Origin: Planctomycetaceae bacterium
GTDB taxonomy: Bacteria; Planctomycetota; Planctomycetia; Planctomycetales; Planctomycetaceae
Length of the DNA stretch: 64,000 nucleotides
Direction of reading: 5' to 3'
NCBI GenBank assembly: GCA_041398785.1
Contig: JAWKUA010000009.1
Location: forward strand, 210,629-274,628
Both the position numbers and the translations under genes were made by a program. Under the pieces are notes generated by a model. It had not been told where the DNA came from, did no database searches, and saw only the letters and a list, made by a program, of their open reading frames with translations. This document shows, in pieces, positions 40,757 through 50,300 of this stretch (positions are counted from its first letter, which is position 1; every line of letters starts with the position of its first letter).

Positions 40757-40827
40757 CACGGACGAAGTGTTATGGCAGCACGCCGGTCTTCCACACCGGA
40801 AGCGGGAGTTCAACTCTCCCTGTCCGT
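40757..40827 (+). tRNA. tRNA-Gly(TCC)
   Basis: Acceptor ACGGACG/TGTCCGT. D GTGT/GCAC. Anticodon CCGGT-CTTCCAC-ACCGG. T GGGAG-TTCAACT-CTCCC. All stems regular. Confidence 0.75.
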
Positions 40828-40858
40828 ATTTGCCGCTGCTCGCGGCGCCAACCACACA

Positions 40859-40929
40859 TTGCCTCATGGTGTAACGGCAGCACCGCAGTCTCTGAAACTG
40901 TGTGATCAGGTTCGAATCCTGGTGAGGCA
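40859..40929 (+). tRNA. tRNA-Gln(CTG)
   Basis: Acceptor TGCCTCA/TGAGGCA. D GTGT/GCAC. Anticodon GCAGT-CTCTGAA-ACTGT. T TCAGG-TTCGAAT-CCTGG. Confidence 0.7.
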
Positions 40930-40980
40930 TCTTTGGAATGAGGAAGGTTCAAGGCAGAAGCGTCAACAGCGTCTGCTCTG

Positions 40981-41013
<33 letters not shown>

Positions 41014-41015
41014 TT

Positions 41016-41100
41016 CGGAAGTCATCCGGCTGGATGAGGACGCAGTCTTGAAAACTGTTGCGTCGGCAACGGCGTTGTGGGTTCGAGTCCCACGGCTTCC
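41016..41100 (+). tRNA. tRNA-Ser(TGA), class II
   Basis: Acceptor GGAAGTC/GGCTTCC. Anticodon GCAGT-CTTGAAA-ACTGT. Variable arm GTTGC-GTCG-GCAAC. T GTGGG-TTCGAGT-CCCAC. Confidence 0.65.
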
Positions 41101-41108
41101 GCATGATC

Positions 41109-41181
41109 CGGTCCCGTAGCATAGCGGCAAATGCATCTGTCCTACACACAGACAATCGTTGGTTCGAGTCCAACCGGGATC
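41109..41181 (+). tRNA. tRNA-Val(TAC), C33
   Basis: Acceptor GGTCCCG/CGGGATC. D GCAT/ATGC. Anticodon TCTGT-CCTACAC-ACAGA (position 33 is C). T GTTGG-TTCGAGT-CCAAC. Confidence 0.6.
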
Positions 41182-41193
41182 AATCAAGACACG

Positions 41194-41266
41194 CAGCACC
41201 GTAGCCCAATGGCAGAGGCGGTCGTTTCAAACACGGCGCAGTGTGAGTTCGACTCTCACCGGTGCT
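41194..41266 (+). tRNA. tRNA with Leu anticodon CAA on a class I (short variable arm) scaffold
   Basis: Acceptor AGCACCG/CGGTGCT, A73. D-loop AATGGCAGA. Anticodon GTCGT-TTCAAAC-ACGGC. Variable arm only 5 nt. T GTGAG-TTCGACT-CTCAC. Confidence 0.5.
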
Positions 41267-41284
41267 ATGGAGACATTTAATAAA

Positions 41285-41359
41285 CGCCCTCGCAGAGCAG
41301 CCAGGAGTGCTCGCCACCCTGTCACGGTGGAGATCACCGGTTCAAATCCGGTCGGGGGT
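41285..41359 (+). tRNA. tRNA-Asp(GTC)
   Basis: Acceptor GCCCTCG/CGGGGGT. D GAGC/GCTC. Anticodon CCACC-CTGTCAC-GGTGG. T ACCGG-TTCAAAT-CCGGT. Confidence 0.7.
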
Positions 41360-41365
41360 GCTTTT

Positions 41366-41440
41366 TGGCACCGTAGCCCAATTTGGCAGAGGCACTCGGC
41401 TTAGACCCGAGACGTTGAGAGTTCGAATCTCTCCGGTGCT
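41366..41440 (+). tRNA. tRNA with Leu anticodon TAG on a class I scaffold (paralog of 41194 unit)
   Basis: Acceptor GGCACCG/CGGTGCT, A73. D-loop AATTTGGCAGA. Anticodon CTCGG-CTTAGAC-CCGAG. Short variable arm. T GAGAG-TTCGAAT-CTCTC. Confidence 0.5.
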
Positions 41441-41457
41441 ATTTGTGAGTTTATCCA

Positions 41458-41525
41458 TGCGGACGAGCCGGTGCTCAGTTGGCTTTCATAAGGCCGACCT
41501 GACGGGATCAACACCCGTGTCCGCG
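41458..41525 (+). pseudogene. tRNA-Met(CAT)-like unit with non-canonical T loop (ATCAACA) and shortened D loop
   Basis: Acceptor GCGGACG/TGTCCGC. D GAGC-CGGT-GCTC (4-nt loop). Anticodon TGGCT-TTCATAA-GGCCG. T ACGGG-ATCAACA-CCCGT. Confidence 0.35.
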
Positions 41526-41665
41526 ATTCTGTTCGTTCGAGACTTGTAGGCTGAGATTTGAGTGTTCCAACAAGGGGCCGCCGGAAGGTCGGACTTTTCC
41601 TTTGCAAGGAAGATGGTGGGGAGCGTTACCCCGTGGCTCCATTTGCGTTTGTGTAATTTGTGTTT

Positions 41666-41751
41666 CGGAGGATAGCCGGATACGGCTTGCCGGGCCGGTT
41701 TGCTAAACCGTGCGGCGTTCGCGTCGTGAGGGTTCGAATCCCTTGTCCTCC
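41666..41751 (+). tRNA. tRNA-Ser(GCT), class II
   Basis: Acceptor GGAGGAT/GTCCTCC. Anticodon CCGGT-TTGCTAA-ACCGT (27-43 C-T). Long variable arm GCGGCGTTCGCGTCGT. T GAGGG-TTCGAAT-CCCTT. Confidence 0.55.
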
Positions 41752-41753
41752 GC

Positions 41754-41829
41754 TGTGGCCGGGTCCGGTGCTGGTTTCCGGAGGCAGTTTGTGAAGCTGT
41801 TTGTCGGCGGTTCGATTCCGCTCGGTCAC
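41754..41829 (+). tRNA. tRNA-His(GTG), no genomically encoded G-1
   Basis: Acceptor GTGGCCG/CGGTCAC, C73. Anticodon GCAGT-TTGTGAA-GCTGT. T GGCGG-TTCGATT-CCGCT. The base at -1 is T. Begins 2 nt after the preceding Ser unit. Confidence 0.55.
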
Positions 41830-41842
41830 CCTCATTGTTTGT

Positions 41843-41915
41843 TGTCCTCGGAGTGTGCAGGATTTGCACGCGACTCTGCGAAGGTCGAAGACCAGGTTCG
41901 ATTCCTGGCGAGGAC
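41843..41915 (+). tRNA. tRNA-Arg(GCG)
   Basis: Acceptor GTCCTCG/CGAGGAC. D GTGT/GCAC. Anticodon CGACT-CTGCGAA-GGTCG. T CCAGG-TTCGATT-CCTGG. Confidence 0.65.
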
Positions 41916-41919
41916 ATTC

Positions 41920-42059
41920 GGTTTAACCGCGACCCCTGGGGGAGCGCTCTGGTATGACGGTTGCGAAGTCCGGCACTGGAAGTCGATTTCATTCAGCGAT
42001 GGCTTTGTTGGTCGCAGTGCCGTCTGTCGGCGCAGCGCTCGCCAGGGCTCGCGGTTAAA
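41920..42059 (+). other. ~140-nt long-stem inverted-repeat element (18-bp outer stem + nested inner stems) between tRNA units
   Basis: GTTTAACCGCGACCCCTGG (41920-41938) pairs with CCAGGGCTCGCGGTTAAAC (42041-42059). Nested pairs GAGCGCT/AGCGCTC and GGCACTG/CAGTGCC around a ~35-nt loop. MITE-like or structured-RNA-like. No coding potential. Confidence 0.6.
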
Positions 42060-42178
42060 CGATGGAAACACGGAGTATCAATGAAAGCTTGATGCTGTCA
42101 GGGCCAGCGGCGCGCCGGACTTCTCGTTCAGAGATCAGCCGCACGTGTCCCGAACATGGGTTCTGAACCGGATGGCAT

Positions 42179-42252
42179 CGAAGTGGTAGCCCAATTGGGT
42201 AGGGCATCAGGTTGCTCACCTGAAGGTTGCGGGTTCGAATCCCGTCCACAGC
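42179..42252 (+). pseudogene. degenerate tRNA-like unit (anticodon loop TTGCTCA, GCT; acceptor mismatched)
   Basis: D arm GCCC-AATTGGGTA-GGGC and anticodon stem TCAGG/CCTGA are intact, as is T arm GCGGG-TTCGAAT-CCCGT. Acceptor GAAGTGG/CCACAGC has 2 mismatches and position 37 is C. Confidence 0.3.
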
Positions 42253-42743
42253 TCCCGTTCGGCTGAAAACCGAACCAACACGAACGCGACTGCGTTCACC
42301 AAAGGCCCGAGGAAGACGAACGATTGTCTGATCTGCGGGTGATGACGTTGCGTCGATCGTTTTGGATTCACGGCAAGTCCGTGAACCCCACGGCGGCGAC
42401 AATGTCCATCACCGCAGCATGTACGGCTCGCCCTGCAGTTCACGGATACCGCGTTCCGAACGTGTGGTTGACTTCGATGGAATCAGATCCTGATGGCCTG
42501 CGGCAACGCGGCTTTCGGTGAGATGACGAGATCGACCGACGCCGCACGTTTCGGTTCGCTCAAGGGATACTCCGCGAGTCACCATGTGATCGGCAGTTGT
42601 GTCGTCTTCCGACGGCTGTTTTCTGCGTTCCGGCGATCCGGATCGTTTACCCCGTGGTCGCAGACCAGGCCGGCTTGAGACTACGTACACGACAGACCAC
42701 GTGGTCTGCGATCACGGGACAAGCGAAGAAGAAAGGCAAGTCC

Positions 42744-43850
42744 ATGTACCCATTCAACCGAATCCGAATCCGCAGCTATGAAGTCGGCCTGGTCTTCCAT
42801 GAAGACGAGTTCCGGGGTCTGCTGCACGAAGGTGGTCACCGGCGATTCGATCCGCTGTACAAGCTGCGTGTAGACGTCGTGTCGAAGCGTGATCCGTGGC
42901 TGCAGCACGACAAACTGGACGTCATCGTCAAGTCGGGATCGCTCGACGGTCACGCGATTGTTGTTGACCTGAAGGACCACCAGCGAGGACTGGTGTGGAT
43001 TGAAGGTCGCTTCAGCCACGTGTTGCCGGCGGGACTGTACGCATACTGGACCGGAGTGAAGGACGTGAAGATCGACATCGTTGATGCTCGATCGGTGCGT
43101 TTCGAACACCCGGATCTGCGAGTCATCACGGCGTCGCCAATGGTGTCGCGCGTGCTCGATGTCTGCACAATCAACCGGCAGAACGTGGGAGTCCTGTTCA
43201 TCGACGGCAAGTACGTCGATACGCTGGCTCCAGGTCTGTATGCGTACTGGAAGGGAACCGGTGACGCGAAGATCGCGGAAATCGACATGCGTGAAACGAT
43301 GGTCGACGTCAGCGGTCAGGAAATCATGACGCTGGACAAGGTGTCTCTGCGCATGAACGCGGCCGTGACGTACCGTGTCGTTGATGCGGTGAAAGCCGTG
43401 TCGTCAACCGACGACGTTCGTCAGGCGCTGTACCGCGAGGTGCAGCTGGCTCTGCGAGCGGTCGTGGGAACTCGTGAACTGGATGCGTTCCTGACAGAAA
43501 AGGAAGCTGTTGCGAATGACATCGAGGAACTCGTGAAGGGGCGCGCAAGTGACCTGGGTCTGGATATTGCTTCGGTCGGAATCCGGGATGTGATTCTGCC
43601 GGGCGAAATGAAGGATCTGATGAACCGGGTGACGGAGGCGAAGAAGGCGGCCGAAGCCAACCTCATCTCACGTCGCGAAGAAACGGCTGCGATGCGAAGC
43701 CAGGCGAACACCGCGAAGGTGCTGGCTGACAACCCGACGTTGATGCGTCTTCGGGAACTGGAAGTTCTGGAAAAGATCGCATCGAGCGGCAAGATGAACA
43801 TCGTGCTCGGCGAAAAAGGACTGGCCGACCGCGTTGTGAACCTGCTGTGA
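42744..43850 (+). CDS. SPFH / band 7 (stomatin/prohibitin/HflK-C-like) domain protein
   Basis: Internal ATG at 42744 with gaaaggcaag RBS-like purine run (ORF opens at 42597). ...LDAFLTEKEAVANDIEELVKGRASDLGLDIASVGIRDVILPGEMKDLMNRVTEAKKAAEANLI... is the typical SPFH C-terminal helical region. Confidence 0.85.
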   Translation: MYPFNRIRIRSYEVGLVFHEDEFRGLLHEGGHRRFDPLYKLRVDVVSKRDPWLQHDKLDVIVKSGSLDGHAIVVDLKDHQRGLVWIEGRFSHVLPAGLYAYWTGVKDVKIDIVDARSVRFEHPDLRVITASPMVSRVLDVCTINRQNVGVLFIDGKYVDTLAPGLYAYWKGTGDAKIAEIDMRETMVDVSGQEIMTLDKVSLRMNAAVTYRVVDAVKAVSSTDDVRQALYREVQLALRAVVGTRELDAFLTEKEAVANDIEELVKGRASDLGLDIASVGIRDVILPGEMKDLMNRVTEAKKAAEANLISRREETAAMRSQANTAKVLADNPTLMRLRELEVLEKIASSGKMNIVLGEKGLADRVVNLL

Positions 43851-43853
43851 ACC

Positions 43854-43903
43854 AGCCGGTTTTGAACTGCAGACATCTGCAGGCTTCGAAACCGGCTTTT
43901 CTT
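43854..43903 (+). terminator. Rho-independent terminator after the SPFH gene
   Basis: agccggttttgaactgcagacatctgcaggcttcgaaaccggct long imperfect hairpin followed by tttctt. Confidence 0.6.
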
Positions 43904-44360
43904 ATGCGCTGACGGCCGGCTCGGGTACCCGGCGATTTCGCGCCATCAGGCCCGAAACGCCGACACGTGCACTTTCCACACTGGTGTGTCGGCCCGTTTC
44001 GCCTGAAACGCATTTGGATCAACACCCCCATTTACTCGATGAGCCGCGAGCTACGAGCGCGCTTCCCGGCTCACGCCCTGGCGGCGTTTCCGAGCCGTAG
44101 CGGCGACCCGGCTGCATTTTTTCCGTTTTTTTCTGAAAGGATCCGGAAGCTCGCGCATTTCAGATTGTGGGCCGGATTTGGCGACGCCGCCACGTGCGCA
44201 GCAGGATACCGCGTGGCATTCAGCGTCCCGACGCTGCGTTCACCTGAAACGACATCAAGAGTCTGCACCCCCGGCATCAGGTCATTCACACCCGACTCGC
44301 CCGCCGCCAGGCGGCATTACGTTCGGGTTCCTGTCGTGTCCAGAATTGAGGGACGAACCG

Positions 44361-47300
44361 ATGTTCCTGTCTGCGTGGCTGTGCCGAGTGCGTTCCGTGC
44401 TGTTCGACCGAGTCCGTGCTGACGGGAGGTCTTCCGCGGCCTGCAAACGTCGTCGGCAGAGACTCTTCTCATCCGTGCCTTCGGAATCGCTGGAAGAGCG
44501 CCTGCTGCTCAGCGGCGACGGCCTGACAGATCTCGGGCTGTTTGTTGTGCCCGGCAGTCCCGACGAACAGGTCACGCTGAACTTCGAACTGTCCGACCGC
44601 AACGGCGCGTTTCGCAGTGAACTGGGACTGTTCATCGCCGACGACGATTCCGGAGCCGTCGACGGCGTCGATCCCGACCGCAACAAGTACGCTCGCGAGG
44701 CCCTGCAGGACGACAGCCATACCTTGCTGTTCGACCGATTCGATGCGATCGGCGAAACCGAATCGCTGACGGTCCCCGGCGGTTCTCACGTCGCCTTCTA
44801 TCTGATTCAGAACAGCGACTCGCGGCGGTTCCTGCGAAACAACCCGCAGAACCGACTGAATCGCTCGCCGAAGACGTTCTTTTCCGTCACCGAGGCCAAT
44901 CCCGATCACTTCGATCATCTGCGGTCGGAAGATCTGGGCTCCGGCACGTGGCAGTTCGGCTGGGAAGACCTGACCTTCGGCGGCGACCGCGATTTCGACG
45001 ACGTCGTGGTGACGCTGACTGTCGGTGACCTGCCGGGGCCGACAATCCTGACGCCTCCGTCGCCGACGGGAGTCGTCTCGGCGACGTTTACGCTCGACGA
45101 ACGCATGGCGGCGTATCGCAGTGAATTCGGCATCTTCAAAGTCGATGACGAAACCGGACGCATCGGAAATCTGACGCCCGACGACCGCGGCTACGCGCGA
45201 GCCGCGCTGACGTCGGCCTCTCAACTGACGATCTTCGAACGCAACGCTGCCGTCGGTTCTCAGGTCACCGTCGAACTGGAAGCCGACGCCCACTACGGTG
45301 TGTACCTGATTCAGAACTCATCGCTCAGCTACTGGCTGCGCCGCAATCCGCAGAACCGGCTGTGCAATTTCCCGAAGGCGTTCTTCGGATTCGTGGACGC
45401 CAATCCGGACAACTTTGACCACACGCGCTGGGACGAGAACACGATCTTCTGGGAAGACCTGACTCGCGGCGGAGACCGGGACTTCGACGACCTGGTGATT
45501 TCGTTCGAATTCGGAACGTCGACGAACCAACCTCCCGCACTGAACGCAGTCGCCGATCAGACTGTCGACGAAGATTCCACCGCTTCCGTTCAGCTCACGG
45601 CGAGCGATCCTGATTCTGACCCGGCGGACCTGATGTTCTCGCTGGTCAGCGGTCCGGCAACCGCGACGGTCAACCAGACGACCGGGCTGTTCGAATGGAC
45701 TCCATTGGAAGCCGACGGCCCCGGAACGTTTCCGGTCACTGTGCGAGTCGAAGACGAAACCGGACTGTTCGACGAGCTGACGTTCTCCGTAATCGTCAAC
45801 GAAGTGAATCAGCCTCCCGTGCTGGCTCCGATCGGCAATCGAACGGTCGACGAGGAACAAACGCTGACGTTCACGGCATCGGCCACGGACAGCGACCTGC
45901 CGCCGAACACGCTGACGTTCAGTCTCACTAACGCGCCGGCCGGTGCGTCGATCGATCCGCAGACGGGCGAATTCTCGTGGATGCCGTCCGAATCTGACGG
46001 TCCCGGAACATTCGACGTGACGGTCAACGTTCACGACGGAGTCGGCGGCAGCGATTCCGAAACGATCACGATCTCCGTCAACGAAGTGAACCAGGCTCCG
46101 GTGCTGGATCCGGTGGACGATCGTACTGTTCCGGAAAACGGCGTCGTGGCGATTCTGATTCCGGCCACCGACAACGACCTTCCGGCGAACACGCTGACCT
46201 GGTCGCTGATCGGCACCGTTCCGGCCGGAGTCAACATCGACGGCGCGACGGGGCAGTTCAACTGGACTCCGTCGGAAGCTCAGGGGCCAGGCAGCTACCC
46301 GATTACGGTTCAGGTCGACGACGGAGCCGGCGGCAGCGATCAGGTTGCGTTCACGATCACGGTGGAAGAAGTCAATGAAGCGCCGGTACTCGATCCAATC
46401 GGCAACCGGACGGCGGACGTCGACGTCGAACTGACGTTCACGGCGACGGCATCTGATCCGGACATTCCGCCGAATGCGCTGACGTTTTCGCTCGACGCAG
46501 GTGCTCCGGCGGGCGCGACGATTGATCCGGTCACCGGCGTCTTTCGCTGGACGCCGACAACCGCATTCAGCGGACAGGACGTGCCAGTCACCGTGCGAGT
46601 CACCGACGACGGCAATCCGTCGCTGGATGACTTCGAAACGATCATCATTGCAGTCGACCGCTGCGTTTTCGACGACAATCTGACGGGCTGGACGGTGACG
46701 GAATCCGGTGGTTCTGCTACCGGTCGCGGAGGTGTTGTCGCTCAGGACTGCACCGCCGTGCTAACCGAAGGTGATTCCTTTTTTGTCCAGATTCAGACCA
46801 CGTTCGACATCGTCACGACCGATTCTCAACTGTTGCTCAGCTTCAGCGGCCTGACGTTCGACACGACCGATCCGGCGTTCGTCAACGATGCATTCGAACT
46901 GGCTCTGCTGGATCAGAACGGAGTCTCGCTGGTCAGCACGACAGCTCCCGGTCGCGATGTCTTTTTCAACGTGACCGAAGAACTCTCGCCGGAAACCGCC
47001 GCCGGAGTCACGTTCGACGGTGCGACCGTGACCGTGAACCTGTCTGCCGTGCCGATCGGTTCGACGGCCACGCTGGTGGCTCGGCTGGTCAACAACGACA
47101 GCGACACGACGACATCTGTGACTCTGACGGACATGCAGATCACTCCCGGCGCGGCTCCGCTGTTGGTTGCTCCAGAGCCGTCGGGTGGTTCGAGTCAGCA
47201 GGGCTCCGCGCCGCAATCCGGTGCGAACAGTTCGGGCACCGCCGCGGTTCCGCCTGGAATCGTCACCGGTTTGTCCGCTGGCACACGGAATCCGGCCGTC

Positions 47301-50300
47301 AGCACTCCGTCGAACGGCACAGCGTCGTCGAACGGCATTGCGTTCACCGATTCGCCATTACAGGCCGGGGCTGCCGGAGTTCAGTCGCCGACATTCGATT
47401 CCCGCGGCACGGAGTTCTGGATCGGGTTCATGGACAACCTGCTGGAAAGCGGCAACGTGCCGAAGAAGCAGTTGTTCGTCACCGGTGACGTCGCCACGAC
47501 GGGATTCGTGGAGATTCCGGGGCTGATCGACCCGAGCACGTCGGTTCCATTCCGAGCGGACTTTGTTGTGAATCCCGGCGAGGTGACGACGGTCGACCTG
47601 CCGAGTCTCGACAGCCGCGAGGATTCGTTCGACACCCAAACAGACTTCGACGTTGAAGCGGAACTGATCGCCGAAATCCAGGCGCTCGGTGTGCATGTGG
47701 TGACGCAGGATGACGTGACGGTGTACGGCCTGAACCGCGCCGTGAACACGACGGACGCATTCCTTGCCCTGCCCGTCGACGCGCTGGGAACCGAGTACAT
47801 CAACCTGGGCTACAACAACGGCTCGCGACTGATCTCCAGCACTCCGAATACCGAATTTCTGGTGGTCGCCACCGAAGATGACACTGTCGTCACGATCGTG
47901 CCGGGAGAAGGATCGTTCAGCGTCGAATCGAACCTTGCCGCGATCGTCCGTCCATCTGGGACCAGCGGCCTTGGCTACACGCGGAACAACGGTACCGACA
48001 TTGGAACTCTGCTGCTGGACCAGTCCGGCACACACACGATCACGGTTGACGCGTTGCTGGAGGGTTACGCCGGCACGTATACGTTCGAACTGCTCGATTT
48101 CGCCACCGCCGCGACGCCGATCAATTTCGGCGAAACCGTCACCACGACGCTTCCGACCGGTCGCGAAGCCCGCGTGTTTTCGTTCGGCGCCACTACCGGC
48201 CAGCGGATCTACTACGACGCAATCAGTCCCGGCGGCCCCACCACGACAGTCCGCCTGGTTTCGCCCAGCGGCGTCATCACAGCCCTCAACACAAACAACG
48301 ATTTTCCCAACCCGCTCCAGACCACAACGACGCTTGCTCCGGAAACCGGTACCTACTACGTGCTTGTCGTTGGCGAAGGGGATGCCGCTTACGACTTCTC
48401 GTTCCGGATGCTTGACCTGGAGACTGCCCCGCTGCTGCCGTTCGGCACGGAAGTGACCGGCACGATGCCGCTCGGCCGTGAGACGGATGTCTTCCGTTAC
48501 AACGGCACCGCCGGCCAGCGAATCATCTACGACGGATTCGACCCAAACGGGAGCCTCGTGACGCTCGATTTGTGGGATCCGGGCATCACGCTGCTGTCGC
48601 GAACGAACGCGTTCGCCGATCTGGATCCCCGGACTCTGCCGGAAGACGGCGAATACTTCGTGACTCTGGCGAGCGGCACATTCGGTCCGCAGGCGAGCTA
48701 CGGTTTCCGCATGTTCGACGTCGCCGATCTGCCCGTCCTGCCGCTCGGCACCAGCGTCACGGGAACGTTCGGAGACGGCCGGGCTGAATTCTTCCGTCTG
48801 CCTGCCGGGCCGGCTCAGGCCGCTGCATTCAGCAATATCACCGTCACTGGCCGAATCCAGATCGATGTGTTTGATCCGTCGAACCGCAGAGTCGCAACCT
48901 TCTCGAACGGTGCCTTCGACGCGCGACTGGCACAGGAAGGCGATTACGTCGTTCGCTTGCGCGGGGTCGGAATTCTGGACAGCGGCACGTTCGACTTCCA
49001 GGTCGACCTGACCGATGACGCGCTCGTCGCCAAATCCGGACTGAACACCGAAACAACGCTCACAATCAATGCTGGTGAAACCGCGACGTATGACTTCACG
49101 GCACCGGCCGGAACACCGGTCATCCTCGATGCCCGCGATACCGTCAATGAGAACCTGCGAGTTCGCATTTTCGATCCGGACGGTGTGCTGGTTGTCGGTG
49201 GAGTTTTCGGTCTTAACGAACTCACCGATTCAGGTCCGTTCTTCCTTGAAAAATCCGGCACGTACACGCTCTCGGTCGTGGGTGACACCGCTTCGGCCGC
49301 CGGCAGCTACACGTTCCAGATCCTCGACCTGCAATCCGGTTCGACGCCGATCAGCTTCGACACGATCGTCTCCGGCACGCTTCCGACCGGTCGCGAAGCC
49401 GTTGCGTTCTCTTTCGACGGCACGGCCAATCAACTGGTCGCATACGACGGAATTGCCCCCGGTACGACCACGATCGCCACGTACGACGAAAACCTGAATC
49501 GCGTTGACGGCGTCTTCGGCAGCCTTGCTGAACGGGACGGCGGCAACAACCTGATCCGGACCGGAAAACACTACGTCGTACTGCAGGGCGTGCAGAACAC
49601 TGCCGCCGACTTCGCGTTCCGCATTCAGGACGTCAGCGCCGCCCCCGTCATCAGTCTCGGCGAAGTGATCTCCGGAACGATTACTCCCGCGCGCACCGAA
49701 CAGCACTTTCAGATCGACCTGACCGCGGGGCAGAGGCTCCTGGTGGACGGGCTCGACGACGACACAGAACGCGTGCTGCTGCAAATCACCGACCCCGGCC
49801 GCTTCACGTTTTACAGTGGCACCGCCGATCAGAACGGCGACTCATCAACCACGTTCCTGCTGACGGTTCCCCGCACCGCTCGCTATGTGGTCTCCGTGCA
49901 GGGCGACACCACCATTGATCCCGCGGACTTTTCGTTCCGCATTCTCGATCTGGACAACGCGCCGCTGCTGACGTTCGACACGGACATCGACATCACGCTC
50001 AACCCTGGCCGGCAGGCGCAGTTCTTCCGCATCGACGCTGACACCGCCGCCAGCATCGACTTCGACAACATCACCGAAACCGGTATCGGCGGGTTCTTCT
50101 GGCACCTGTTCGACCCCGCCGGACGCAATCTCGGCGGTGACAACAACGGCCGCGACTTTACCGGACGCACATGGATCGAAGGCACCTACCTTCTGGGAAT
50201 CGTCGGTCGCGTGAACACACCGATCGATTTCACGTTCCGAGCCACGCGAACGCCGGACACGCCCGTCACGCCGACCGGCTTCAATTCGCTCGAAACCATC

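Noticed and set aside
41916-42180. tRNA with intron, RNase P fragment or tRNA-Sec in the long gap of the array
   Set aside because: No acceptor/T-arm pairing is compatible with a tRNA. AAGTCCGG and GAACCGG are too little for RNase P. The inverted-repeat element is the best explanation.
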